Assembly: GCA_039028615.1 (NCBI GenBank)
Contig: JBCCHT010000024.1
Span: forward strand, 128,001-192,000
DNA: 64,000 bases
Source: Myxococcota bacterium
GTDB lineage: Bacteria > Myxococcota_A > Polyangia > Nannocystales > Nannocystaceae
Direction of reading: 5' to 3'
Positions 17,675-27,835 of the stretch are shown here, in pieces. The notes beneath the pieces are model-generated. The model searched no databases. It was not told the origin of the DNA and saw only the letters and a list, made by a program, of their open reading frames with translations. The translations under genes and the position numbers were made by a program. Each line of letters starts with the position of its first letter. The first letter of the stretch is position 1.

Positions 17675-20566
17675 CTACGGGAGCGGGTGTTGCTCGAGCC
17701 AGGTCTCGACCTCGTGGAGCTCGGCTTCGTCGGCGGAGCCGGAGGCCAGTGCTTCGCGAGCAGCGGTGGCGAGTTCATGGGCGCGGGGACGGTCGTCCGG
17801 CGTACTCCACAGCGCTCGGGCCAACAGGAGGCGACTCGCGGCCAGGCGAGCCGGAGGTTCCTCGGCGGCGGTTCCGAGAGCGAGAGCCCGCTCGGCGTAG
17901 GCTCGAGCATCGCTCGGCGCGTCGGTCTCGAGGGCGAGCTGAGCGAGGTTTTGCAGCATCCCCACGAGGCGGGGATGCTCGGGGCCCAGCGCGCTCTCGC
18001 GGAGGCGCAGCGCTTCGAGGTACCGCGCCCGGGCCTCGTCGACTCGACCCTGTGCCCGCAGGGCGTCGCCGAGGCCGGCCACCGAGGACGAGGTGTCGGG
18101 GCGGTCTTCCTCGCGGACGTTGGCGAAGATCTCCAGCGCCCTTCGGTAGCGAGCCTCCGCCTGCTCGTGCTTGTTCTGGGCCTTCAGGGCGCTGGCCAGG
18201 TTGCTCACGCTCATCGCCAGGCCGGGGTGATTTGGTCCCAGGGTTTGCTCGTCGATTTTCACCGCGCGTCGAAACAGATCCTCCGCGCCTTCGAAGTCGC
18301 CCTGGTGCCCGAGCACCGAGCCGAGGTTCGAGGCGTCGATGGCCACGTGGGGATGATCGGGGCCGAGCGTGCGCTCGAGGATCCCCAACGCGCGACGCAG
18401 CCAATCGGAGGCTTCGTCGAATTTCTGCTGGGCGAGCAGGGCGATGCCCACGTCGTTCATCGCCCGGCCGACCTCGGGGTGCTCGGAGCCCAGCTCCCGC
18501 TCGAGGAGCCCGTGGGCCTCGCGGAAGCGAGCCTCCGCGGTCTCGGCTTCCCCTTTGCGGTAGTAGATGTCGCCCTGGTACCCCACGGTGGAGGCCACGT
18601 CGGTGGTCTCGCCGACGCGTCGGGCCAGGGGCATGGCGGTGCGGCTCCACTGCAGGCCTTCGGCCGGGCGTCGCAAGTGCACCCCCACCACCAGGGCCAG
18701 GGCGGTCGCGGCGGTCAGCTCGACCCGCTCGTGGTCGTGGCTCGCCGCGAGGTCGTAGGCGCGGGCTAGATCTTCTTCGGCTTCGGTGTACCGCCCCGCG
18801 TCGCGCCGCAGCGTGCCGCGGATGCGCAGGGTCTCGGCGAGCAACGGGCCGTAGTCCAGGCCCTCGACCTCGGCGACGAGAGGGTCCATCGAGTCGAGGG
18901 CGCGGGTGAAGCTCCCCGCCCGCTGCATCGCTTCCAGCTCGGCGAACCGACCGCGAATCTCGTCGGCCATCCCGGCTACGGCAGGGTCTTCGGGCGGCGC
19001 GATTGCATCGCGCTGCGCGGCGAGCATGGTGAGGTCGTCGCAACGACCGAGCCGGGGCAGCCCGGTCACGAGGTTGACCGCGTTACGCACCACCGTACCG
19101 TCGGCGGTGGCGAGCACGTCCACGACCGCGCCCAGGGCCGTCAAGCGCTCCTGGAGGCAGGCGACGCGCAAGCTCCGGTCCGCTTCGCTCTGCTCCTGCT
19201 GGACGACGGTCGCCTCGCAGACCTCGGTGTACTTGTCCGCCCAGTCCCGGGCGTAGAGGTCGAGTCGCTCCCGCACGCGGGCGTTGGTGGTCGAGGCGAA
19301 GTGCTGCTCGGTGGAGGCGATGGCCGCGTCGATTCGCTGTCGCTGCTCGTCGTCCCAGATCCCGGAGAGCATCGCGCCCGCGCCCGTGCATCGCTCGCTT
19401 CGCTCCACGTAGGTCGTCGCTGCCTGCACCCCGGCGATGGTCAGCAGCCCCAGCACGACACCACCGACCAGGACTCGAGACCGTACCCGGGGGGCGATGG
19501 CGCGCCGCAGCTCGGTGAGCAGCGCGTCCATGCTCGGCCAGCGATCCTGCGGCGCCCGGGACAGCCCCCGCAGCAGGGCCTTGCGGATCGCGGGCGGGAC
19601 CTTGGTGCCCTTGGGAGCCACCGGCGTCTCGCCTTGCATCAGCGGTACGACCATGGCCATCACCGAGTTGCCGGGGTAGGGACGTTCCCCGTACACGGCC
19701 TCCCACAGCGCGACGCAGAAGCTGAACTGATCGCTGCGGGCGTCTGCCTCCTTGCCCTTGTATTGCTCGAGCGGCATGTAGCCCGGGGTGCCGAGCGTGG
19801 CTCCGGTACGGGTGAGATCGGACTGGAGCAGCGAGCTCGTCAGCTCGCCGAGCGACTTCAGCTCTTCGTCTTCGAGATCGATGCTCGGGCTCGAGGTGGG
19901 GTCTGCAACCTCCGACTGTCGGGCGAGCCCGAAGTCGAGCACGCGCACCCGGTCCCGGTCATCGATCATCGCGTTGTTGGGCTTGAAGTCCCGGTGGATC
20001 AGGCCCGCTTCATGAGCGGCGGCCAAGCCCTCACCCGCCTGGATATAGACCTCGACGCACTGCCGCCACGAAGGGCGAGGTCGCTGGCCGATCCATGCCT
20101 TCAGCGTGCGGCCCTCGATGAGCTCCATCGCCACGAAGGTCTGGCCCTCGCGGGAGCCCACCTCGTAGACCTGCACCACGTTGGGGTGGGAGAGCTTGGC
20201 CATGGCCTGGGCCTCCCGCACCAAGCGGGCGGTCTGCTGCTCTCCGATCCCGCGGTGCAACACCTTGATCGCGACCCGTCGGTCGAGGTGCGGGTCGAAC
20301 CCCTCGAACACGGTGCCCATCCCGCCGCGGCCCAAGGCGCCGCCGATGACGTAGTGCCCCAAGACCTTGGGCATGGGCGCGGCATACCCCTCGATGACGG
20401 AGGGGTCGTCGCGGGTCTGCGACGGAAGCTCGCCGTCCTCGGGCGCGCCGGTCTGGTCGCCCGCGAGGGTATCGACGTTCCCCGGGAGGAGGGATTGCGT
20501 CTGTTGCAAGTGCCCCGGCTCGGTATCGGCTTCGGGTGCGAGGCTATGCTCGTCGGCGTCACTCAT
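17675..20566 (-). CDS. Membrane Ser/Thr protein kinase with TPR repeats
   Basis: GRGGMG, VAIK, HRDFKPNN, DFG and GTPGY motifs, a TM segment and a TPR array. Confidence 0.93.
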   Translation of the reverse strand: MSDADEHSLAPEADTEPGHLQQTQSLLPGNVDTLAGDQTGAPEDGELPSQTRDDPSVIEGYAAPMPKVLGHYVIGGALGRGGMGTVFEGFDPHLDRRVAIKVLHRGIGEQQTARLVREAQAMAKLSHPNVVQVYEVGSREGQTFVAMELIEGRTLKAWIGQRPRPSWRQCVEVYIQAGEGLAAAHEAGLIHRDFKPNNAMIDDRDRVRVLDFGLARQSEVADPTSSPSIDLEDEELKSLGELTSSLLQSDLTRTGATLGTPGYMPLEQYKGKEADARSDQFSFCVALWEAVYGERPYPGNSVMAMVVPLMQGETPVAPKGTKVPPAIRKALLRGLSRAPQDRWPSMDALLTELRRAIAPRVRSRVLVGGVVLGLLTIAGVQAATTYVERSERCTGAGAMLSGIWDDEQRQRIDAAIASTEQHFASTTNARVRERLDLYARDWADKYTEVCEATVVQQEQSEADRSLRVACLQERLTALGAVVDVLATADGTVVRNAVNLVTGLPRLGRCDDLTMLAAQRDAIAPPEDPAVAGMADEIRGRFAELEAMQRAGSFTRALDSMDPLVAEVEGLDYGPLLAETLRIRGTLRRDAGRYTEAEEDLARAYDLAASHDHERVELTAATALALVVGVHLRRPAEGLQWSRTAMPLARRVGETTDVASTVGYQGDIYYRKGEAETAEARFREAHGLLERELGSEHPEVGRAMNDVGIALLAQQKFDEASDWLRRALGILERTLGPDHPHVAIDASNLGSVLGHQGDFEGAEDLFRRAVKIDEQTLGPNHPGLAMSVSNLASALKAQNKHEQAEARYRRALEIFANVREEDRPDTSSSVAGLGDALRAQGRVDEARARYLEALRLRESALGPEHPRLVGMLQNLAQLALETDAPSDARAYAERALALGTAAEEPPARLAASRLLLARALWSTPDDRPRAHELATAAREALASGSADEAELHEVETWLEQHPLP

Positions 20567-20784
20567 GGCGATGACCGGGTGGGGAGGGGAGCCACCTCGC
20601 CAGTAAAGCAAGGCTCGTGACACCTGGATACACTCGTGATCTCAGGCGGCGCGATTCGGCTCTGAAGGGGTCCGAGTGGCTACTGTAGCCACTCGTGGAG
20701 CGGCGTGCGGGGTGAGCACGGCTGCATTTTTTTCCGGGCGAGCTCGTAACGATGTCGTGCGTGCGGGCAACAGGGGAGCGGAGC

Positions 20785-22536
20785 ATGAAAAACCGCCAAC
20801 CGTGGAACCCGGACATCGCCGTCCTCGCGTTGGGCCTCGCCTTATCCGGCGGGGCCGCGGGATGCAACGAAACTTCGGAGCCGGGGCCGACCGGTCCCGA
20901 GCCCGAGATGTTGGTCGCCGACCCCGCCCCGCTGACGCGGCTGACGGCGGAGCAATACAACAACACGGTCCGGGATCTCTTCGATCCGGTGCCGATCGGA
21001 CACATCATCTTTCCCGTCGAGCTGGAAGGGCGTGGCGGATTCGAAAACAACGTCACGCTGAACACGGCGACGCCCGCGTTGGTGGAGACCTACCAGCGAG
21101 CGGCGCGGCAAGTCGCCGACGCCGTCCTGGAGGACCTGCCTGGCGCCTTGGGCTGTGATCCGAATGCGGGCACGTGTGCCCGTGACTGGCTCGTCGGTTT
21201 CGCCGAGCGAGCCTGGCGAAGGCCCCTGACCACGGCCGAGCAAGAGGTCCTGCTGCAGAACTTCGACACCTGGGCGACCGACCACGACGTCACGAGCGCG
21301 GTGACCCTGTCGATCACCTTCCTGCTCCAGAGCCCCGACTTCATCTATGTGCCTCGCCTCGGCGCCGATGCTCCCGCGCCGGGCGAGGCCGCCATCCCGC
21401 TGACCGACTGGGAGCTGGCCGCCCGCCTGTCGTACTTCCTGTGGAACTCCACCCCCGACGCCGAGCTGATGGACCTGGCTCGCGAGGGCCGCCTGCGAGA
21501 CCGGCAGGTCTTGGCCGACCAAGCGTTTCGCATGTTGGCCGACTGGCGGGCGGTCGACATGGTCGTCAGCTTTCACCGCCAGAACTGGGACTTCGACGAT
21601 GTCGGTGCCAATCCCATCGACCTCGATTTCTACGGCCCGGTATTCGAAGAGCGCGGGATGACGGAAGAGGACGACAAGTCCGACTTCTACTACCTCGAGT
21701 ACAGCCCGCAGGCGCGCTTCGAGTCGGACGTCTTCATCGCCCAGCACGTCTTTTACGGCGATTCCCGGCTCGAGACGCTGCTGACCACCAATCGGACCTG
21801 GGTCACGCAAAACGTGGCCGAGATCGCCTACCAGCAACCTCTCGACACGGAGTCCGAGCCCGTCTCCTGGTCGGCCTTGATCCCGCAGGAAGGCAACGAC
21901 CAGCTGCGGGCCTACCAGCAGGAGTACTTCCCGATCGAGCTCGATCCCACGCAGCGCGCGGGCTTGTTCACGATGGTCGGCTTCCTCATCGCCAAGGCGG
22001 GGCCCAGCCAGCCCGCTCCCGTGCGCCGCGGCGTCACCATCATCGATCGGCTCCTGTGCACCGAGCTCCATCCGCCTGGTGACGTGCCGCCGCTGGAGGA
22101 GGCCGAGACCGAAGCGCCCCGCACCAACCGCGAGAAGTACGAGATTCACAAGCGCAGCGAGGCCTGTGCCGGCTGCCATGCGTCGATCGACGGTATCGGA
22201 CTGACCTTCGAGAACTACGACTCGATGGGGCGCTGGCGAGACACCGACAACGGCTTCCCCGTCGATGCGTCGGGCGAGCTGCTGTCGACCGACCAGGACG
22301 GTCCGGTGAGCAACGCGGTCGAGCTGATGCGCAAGCTGGGCTCGAGCCGAACGGTGCACGACTGCTACACGCGGCAGTGGTTCCGCTACGCCTTCGGTCG
22401 CAACGAGACCATCGACGACGCTCCGACCGTCCTGGCCCTGCAAGAGGGGTTCTGGAACTCGGACGGCAACATCATCGAGCTGGTGGTCAACCTCGCCGGT
22501 TCCTACTCCTTCCGCCATCGCCGAGGTCAGCCATGA
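20785..22536 (+). CDS. DUF1587/1595/1592/1588/1585-type lipoprotein with one c-type heme motif
   Basis: AAGC lipobox, RLTxEQYNNTVRDL, AWRRPL, LQSPDF, ELAARLSYFLWNSTPD, PVRRG, CAGCH and GLTFENYDxMGRWR. Confidence 0.9.
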   Translation: MKNRQPWNPDIAVLALGLALSGGAAGCNETSEPGPTGPEPEMLVADPAPLTRLTAEQYNNTVRDLFDPVPIGHIIFPVELEGRGGFENNVTLNTATPALVETYQRAARQVADAVLEDLPGALGCDPNAGTCARDWLVGFAERAWRRPLTTAEQEVLLQNFDTWATDHDVTSAVTLSITFLLQSPDFIYVPRLGADAPAPGEAAIPLTDWELAARLSYFLWNSTPDAELMDLAREGRLRDRQVLADQAFRMLADWRAVDMVVSFHRQNWDFDDVGANPIDLDFYGPVFEERGMTEEDDKSDFYYLEYSPQARFESDVFIAQHVFYGDSRLETLLTTNRTWVTQNVAEIAYQQPLDTESEPVSWSALIPQEGNDQLRAYQQEYFPIELDPTQRAGLFTMVGFLIAKAGPSQPAPVRRGVTIIDRLLCTELHPPGDVPPLEEAETEAPRTNREKYEIHKRSEACAGCHASIDGIGLTFENYDSMGRWRDTDNGFPVDASGELLSTDQDGPVSNAVELMRKLGSSRTVHDCYTRQWFRYAFGRNETIDDAPTVLALQEGFWNSDGNIIELVVNLAGSYSFRHRRGQP

Positions 22537-23936
22537 GCCGCTTCAATCGACGTCAGTTCCTCACCGGGTTGGGCCTGGCCACGGGTAGCCTGTTCTTGCC
22601 TTCGCTGCTGCCTCGGGCGCGCGGGGCCACTGGGGCCCCGCCCAAGCGGCTCATCGTGCTGGTGACGCAGCATGGGGCGTGGATGCCGACCTGGGCCATG
22701 AACCCGGCGGGCAACCCCACGGACGCGGTCTGGGAGCAGGACCTCACCACGCTCTCGGAGTCCGACTTCAGCCGCTCCTTGGCTCCGCTGCACCCCTGGC
22801 GGGCACGGACCATCGCCATCGAAGGCCTCTCGATGGTCTCGGGGGACATCGACCCGGCCGGCGTCCTGCGCCACGAGATCGGGCAGATCCACGTGCTGAC
22901 CGGCAACGAGGTCGAGATGGTCTCGGGCCTCCCCGTCGGCCGGAGCCCCTCCATCGATCAGCTCATCGCCAATCACATCGCGTTGCCGGATCGGCTGCGC
23001 TCGGTCGAGCTTTCGGTAGGCGGCGTGGCCCCGGTGGTCAACTATCGCGACCGGCTCCAGCCCTTGCTCGGCGAGTCCCGGATGTCGGTGGCGCACGAGC
23101 GACTCTTCGGTCTGGTCAACGGTGCGTCCGGGGCCAATGCGGCCACGCTCGAGCAGGGCCGGGTGCTGTCGTTGGTCGAGGAGCGCTACCAGCTGCTCGC
23201 CAACCAGCTGTCGGCCGAGGACCAGCAGAAGGTCGGCGTCCATCGCGACTTGATCTCCGACCTGCAGAGCCAGATCGAAGGGCTGAAGAGTGCCTCGTGC
23301 GAGGTGCCCGAGCTCGGGTCCGTCGACAACTACGCAGGTGAGTGGACCGCCGCGGTCTCCATGCTCACCGCGGCCATGTCCTGCGATCTCGTGCGAGTGG
23401 CCACGGTCAACCTCAGCACGCTGCCCGGCGAGGCCATCGGCATCAACGGTGAGGACGTACACGATGCCTACGCTCACCAGCTCGCGTCGAGCCAGGAGGC
23501 GGTGGACGCGATGACGAACTACACCGCCTACCACGCGGCGGAGGTGGCCGAGCTGCTCACCGCGCTGGATGCCATTCCCGAGGGCAACGGGACCATGCTG
23601 GACAACACGCTGGTGTTGTGGACCAGCGAGCTGGCCGACGGCATCCACAGCCTCGATCGCATGCCCAACATGCTCTTCGGCGGCCAGACCTGGAACATGG
23701 GTCGCTACCTTCACTATCCGTCGGACACCCCCTACGAGGCCTGGGTGTGGGACGGCAACCGTCGCTCCTCCGCGGGCCGGCCGCACCAGAAGCTGCTGTC
23801 GAGCGTCATGCGGGCCTTCGACGTGCCCGATCCCGACACTGGAGAACAGTGGAGCGCCATGCCGATCCGCGAGCTGCGAGGAATGGGCGGGGCCACCATC
23901 GACTGCACTGGCGTCCTGGACGAGCTTTGGACCTGA
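22533..23936 (+). CDS. DUF1552 domain Tat-exported protein
   Basis: NRRQFL Tat motif, PKRL, SIDQLIA, CDLVRVAT and IPEGNGTMLDNTLV. ATGA-coupled to the DUF1592-type gene. Confidence 0.9.
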   Translation: MSRFNRRQFLTGLGLATGSLFLPSLLPRARGATGAPPKRLIVLVTQHGAWMPTWAMNPAGNPTDAVWEQDLTTLSESDFSRSLAPLHPWRARTIAIEGLSMVSGDIDPAGVLRHEIGQIHVLTGNEVEMVSGLPVGRSPSIDQLIANHIALPDRLRSVELSVGGVAPVVNYRDRLQPLLGESRMSVAHERLFGLVNGASGANAATLEQGRVLSLVEERYQLLANQLSAEDQQKVGVHRDLISDLQSQIEGLKSASCEVPELGSVDNYAGEWTAAVSMLTAAMSCDLVRVATVNLSTLPGEAIGINGEDVHDAYAHQLASSQEAVDAMTNYTAYHAAEVAELLTALDAIPEGNGTMLDNTLVLWTSELADGIHSLDRMPNMLFGGQTWNMGRYLHYPSDTPYEAWVWDGNRRSSAGRPHQKLLSSVMRAFDVPDPDTGEQWSAMPIRELRGMGGATIDCTGVLDELWT

Positions 23937-23950
23937 GGGAGCACCTGCGC

Positions 23951-24550
23951 ATGAAGATCTCGATGATGTTCCCGACCCTCTTGGCCTGTACCGCGCTCGT
24001 GGGCTGTACGGAGCCCGGCTCCACCCCGGCCGCCAGCTTCGAGGGCGAGGGGTGGATCGACACCAGCCCGCCCGGCCCCCCGAGCCCCAAGCCGCCGATC
24101 GCTGGCGGTGAAGACGAGGACGACGACGAAGGAGAAGGCGGCGTCGAAGCGTTCTGGACGATCTACGGGACCTACGCCAACGGCACCTACAGCGAAGTCG
24201 GGGGCGAGTTCTTCGCCGAAGACGCGCTGCAGGAGCTGTGTGGCCTGTCCTTTCCCGTCACCGTGGTCGAGACCCTGGACAGCTGCAGCGAGTGCACCGC
24301 GGCGTGGACCTTCGAGTTCGGGGAGGCTGAGCGCGAGATCGACAACGCGGGCGGCTGCAACACTTATGGCCCCTCCCAGGTCGCTGGCCTTCGCTTTTCA
24401 TTGGGGATCACCTCCGACAACCTGCTCCTGCGCGATCGAGGCGATGGCTGGGAGGAGTTCGGCGAGTCCTTCGTCGAGGAGGGCGAGCTCATCCTGGAGT
24501 GGTTCGAGGGCGAAGAGGGCGAAGGGGGCGAAGACGAAGACGGGGAGTGA
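23951..24550 (+). CDS. Acidic lipoprotein of unknown function
   Basis: MKISMMFPTLLACTALVGC lipobox, CSEC motif, very Glu/Asp-rich. Starts 14 nt after the DUF1552 stop. Confidence 0.8.
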   Translation: MKISMMFPTLLACTALVGCTEPGSTPAASFEGEGWIDTSPPGPPSPKPPIAGGEDEDDDEGEGGVEAFWTIYGTYANGTYSEVGGEFFAEDALQELCGLSFPVTVVETLDSCSECTAAWTFEFGEAEREIDNAGGCNTYGPSQVAGLRFSLGITSDNLLLRDRGDGWEEFGESFVEEGELILEWFEGEEGEGGEDEDGE

Positions 24551-24559
24551 GCCGCGCGC

Positions 24560-25879
24560 TCATGCATGGTAGGCGTCGAAGGGCACGATGCCCGGCATCC
24601 AGTCCTCGGAGTCGACGCCGACCAGCTGGAGGATGCCTGCCCCGAGGTGCTCGAAGCTCAGCACATCCCCGTGGTCGTCGACCTTCCCGGTGGCGAAGTC
24701 GACGGGCCGCGCGTCGAAGGTATCGTCGGTGGTGCCTCCGTAGGTTCCTCCGCCCGTCTTCACGCCGGCCCCCATCACGATGGCGCTGTTGATCGGCCAG
24801 TGGCTCTTGCCCGCCAGCTCGTTGCGCTTGGGAGTGCGGGTGAAATCGGAGGTGACCATCAAGACCGTTTGTTCCCATAGGCCTGCGGCATCGAGCTGCT
24901 CGGCCAGGTGCCCGAGCGTGTCGAACAGGCCCTCGAACGCCGCGTGCTGCTCGATGTTGTCCTGATGGGTATCGAAGGTCTCGCCGCCGCTGAGTAGGAC
25001 CGACTGGCAGGCATCGGCCGCGAGTAGCTCGGCGGTGAGGAGCGCGAGGTCGGCCGCGTCGGGGTGCTGCCCCAGCCGCAGGCTCTGCTGGAACTGCGGA
25101 GAAAACTCGATGAGTCGGGAGGCACGGTCTCGGGCTTCGTCCCAGTCGTCCATCATGGCGACATCGTGCTCGGTCGTGCCGCCCCGCGCGTTGCGGAGCG
25201 CAGCCCCGCGGGCGGCGAGATACTCCTCGTTGGCGTCGATGTCGTGGTCCGAGAGCAGGTACTGCGGGTAGGTGAAGCCGGCGTCGTCGGGCGCGGGATA
25301 GGCCCGCGTGCGGTCGACCAGCATGCGTAGCTGAGACTGGTAGCCGATGCGACCCGAGCTCGCGGCGAGGGGCCCGAAGATGCCCGAGCCGCCCGCGTCG
25401 ACGTAGCCGAGGGGGAGCTGGGAGCCCAGGACCGAGCCCGTGATCGCGCCGACGTCGGGCCGAGCGTTGACCCGGCTCCCCGAGAGCATGCGCGCCCGAG
25501 CGACGCCGTGGGCGATCGCGTCGACTCGGATGCCGTTGATGATCGCCAGCCGGTCGTGCCAGCGCTCGAAGAACGCATCGACCGAAGGACGAACGACCGG
25601 GTTGCTGGCGATGGTGATGCCGCCGTAGGTCGCGAGCCCTTCGTCGTCGGGATAGTCGACCTCGGGCCCCTCGATCTGCGGCGCGCCGAGCTTCGGGTCC
25701 ATGCAGAAGGTCACGTCCCAGCCGCCCTGGGCCATGACGATGACGAGTTTCTTCGCGGGTTGGCCCCCGGAGACCCCCGGTCGGATTCGCGACGCGTGGG
25801 AGGAGGGGATGAGTCGTCCGCCCGCGGCGGCCAGGGTTGCCGCTACGCCACCGAGCAGAATGGAGCGTCGTTGGAGCAT
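24560..25879 (-). CDS. DUF1501 domain Tat-exported protein
   Basis: QRRSILL Tat-like signal, GGWDVTFCMDPK, FDTH, SDFTRTP and SHW motifs. Confidence 0.87.
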   Translation of the reverse strand: MLQRRSILLGGVAATLAAAGGRLIPSSHASRIRPGVSGGQPAKKLVIVMAQGGWDVTFCMDPKLGAPQIEGPEVDYPDDEGLATYGGITIASNPVVRPSVDAFFERWHDRLAIINGIRVDAIAHGVARARMLSGSRVNARPDVGAITGSVLGSQLPLGYVDAGGSGIFGPLAASSGRIGYQSQLRMLVDRTRAYPAPDDAGFTYPQYLLSDHDIDANEEYLAARGAALRNARGGTTEHDVAMMDDWDEARDRASRLIEFSPQFQQSLRLGQHPDAADLALLTAELLAADACQSVLLSGGETFDTHQDNIEQHAAFEGLFDTLGHLAEQLDAAGLWEQTVLMVTSDFTRTPKRNELAGKSHWPINSAIVMGAGVKTGGGTYGGTTDDTFDARPVDFATGKVDDHGDVLSFEHLGAGILQLVGVDSEDWMPGIVPFDAYHA

Positions 25880-25898
25880 GAGTCGTGTCCTGGTGGGC

Positions 25899-27677
25899 CT
25901 AGTAGAAGGTGAGGTGAGGGTCCTGGAGCATGGCGGAGAGGGTGACGATCCACGCCTCTTGCACGGCGCCCGACTTTTCTCGGAGGGCGGCCTCGAACAG
26001 AGCCCAGCTGAGATCCACCGCTTCGGAGCCGGGGCCGACCGTCTCCCCGTACAGGCGGAGGTGTAGCGGGACCAGCTGGGCTCGGATCGCCGCTTCGCTC
26101 GACTCGGAGGCATCGACGAGGTCGAGCAACGGCTGACCTTCGCCGGGCCCCTGGCCCAGGTCGCGGCTCACCACGAAGGCCGCGGCCTCGTTGGCCAGCG
26201 CATTCACGACGAGGGAGCGCACTGGCATCGGTGAATAGACCGGCTCGGTGACGAGCGCGGAATCGATGCCTCCCGCCATGGCTCGAAAGCCGGCTCGATC
26301 GACGAGCGAAAGGTCGGCGATCGCCTTGCAGCCGCTCACCCCGGCCGAGCACGACACACCTTCGTGGCGGATGAGCCAGCGGAAGCCGGTCAGGTCGGCG
26401 ATGGTGCGGGCGTATTGTTCGGGGCGGGCGGCGAGCAAGCCGATTCGGGCGCTCGTGCCCTCGTCGTTCTCGGCTTGGTATTCGTCCGAGAGCGCGAACC
26501 GACGGACCAACGCTCGGGGGCGGTATTCGGCCTCGATCAGCACGTCGCGATACTCGGCCACCAGCTCCGACGGCACCGCGTCTCGCTCCATCTGGGCCAA
26601 GTAGGCGTACACGGTGCGGGCGACACAATCGGCGAAGCGAGGATCCGCGGCGATGTGTTGGCCCAGGTCTTCGAGTGACTCGGATGGCTTGCCGAAGTAG
26701 CCGGGCCCTCGTAGGCCGGTGTCCTGCCATTCGTCGGCGCGCTCGGGCAGGAACATGGGCGGATGCTCTCCGTCGCCGCTGGGCCCGAACGCGGCGGTGT
26801 ATTCGCGACGGTACAGAGCCTTGAAGATCGACAGGTGAGCGGCGAGCGGGTCCAGGGGCTCATGGCAGGACACGCACGCGGGGTCGTTGTTCACCGCATC
26901 AGCGATCGCCTCGTGATCGGACAGGTCGACGTTCCCGTCGATGGGCACGTTGGCCGAGCTGAAGTCGACGCACAGGAAGGTGCTCGAGATCAGGTTGGCG
27001 CGGGTGCGGTTGGCGTTGGTGTCCATGGTGACCCAGCGATGCCAGAGCGAGGAGTGGCTGAGCAGACCCGCGGTGGGGCGACCGTCGCCCCATGTGGTCT
27101 CGATCCACTCGTCGTCCGAAGCGCCGCCCTCCCAGGGGATGTCGAACGCTGCGGCCAGGACCCGGTTGGCGAGAATCGTCTCGGAGGTGACCATCTCGGT
27201 CACGGGGCGATCCTCGAGGAAGATGCGCTCGATCATGCGGAGGGGGGCATCCGCGACCGCTTCGTTGATTCGGTCGAAACGCTCGGTCCACGGGGCCAAG
27301 GGCCCGGCCGGGGCGAGGGCGGTGGCCTTGGTGATGTCCTGGCGGGTCCGAAGCTGCTCGGACCACATGTCCTTGACGGTCTCGCCGAACTCCGGCGACT
27401 GGAGGTACTCATCGACGAGCGCTTCGAGTGCGTCGGGATCCGCCGCCACGCGTTCGAACTCGGCGAGGGTGGGGTGCGTGCCCCGGATCGCCATGGACGC
27501 GCGAAGGAGCTGCACGGCGGGGTCGAGGCGGGCGACGGGCTCCCCGCCCGCGTCGTCGGAGCCTCCATCGGCATCGCCGTCGGCGGCCGCGTCCTGAGGC
27601 GAAGGGTCTCCGCATCCCGGGAGGGCAGCGGCCAGGGCCAGCAGCGTCGCAAAGCCGATCGAAAGGGGGCGTCTCAT
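25899..27677 (-). CDS. Lipoprotein with one c-type heme motif (DUF1549/DUF1588/DUF1592-like)
   Basis: LPGC lipobox, LLRASMAIRGTHP, AGLLS, NRTRAN, CVSCHEPLDPLA and DPRFADC. Confidence 0.82.
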   Translation of the reverse strand: MRRPLSIGFATLLALAAALPGCGDPSPQDAAADGDADGGSDDAGGEPVARLDPAVQLLRASMAIRGTHPTLAEFERVAADPDALEALVDEYLQSPEFGETVKDMWSEQLRTRQDITKATALAPAGPLAPWTERFDRINEAVADAPLRMIERIFLEDRPVTEMVTSETILANRVLAAAFDIPWEGGASDDEWIETTWGDGRPTAGLLSHSSLWHRWVTMDTNANRTRANLISSTFLCVDFSSANVPIDGNVDLSDHEAIADAVNNDPACVSCHEPLDPLAAHLSIFKALYRREYTAAFGPSGDGEHPPMFLPERADEWQDTGLRGPGYFGKPSESLEDLGQHIAADPRFADCVARTVYAYLAQMERDAVPSELVAEYRDVLIEAEYRPRALVRRFALSDEYQAENDEGTSARIGLLAARPEQYARTIADLTGFRWLIRHEGVSCSAGVSGCKAIADLSLVDRAGFRAMAGGIDSALVTEPVYSPMPVRSLVVNALANEAAAFVVSRDLGQGPGEGQPLLDLVDASESSEAAIRAQLVPLHLRLYGETVGPGSEAVDLSWALFEAALREKSGAVQEAWIVTLSAMLQDPHLTFY

Positions 27678-27835
27678 ACGGGAGGTCCTCTCGACTACTC
27701 GAGGGGGAGTCGCCCGGCACCGATCGATCACTGTGGCGCACAAAAATCTCGATTCGATGAGCGAGCGGGGGCGTGGAGCCACAGCTCCGAGGGCGCTGGA
27801 CCCGAGCGCGGAGTCCATCGGCTACACTGGGATCG

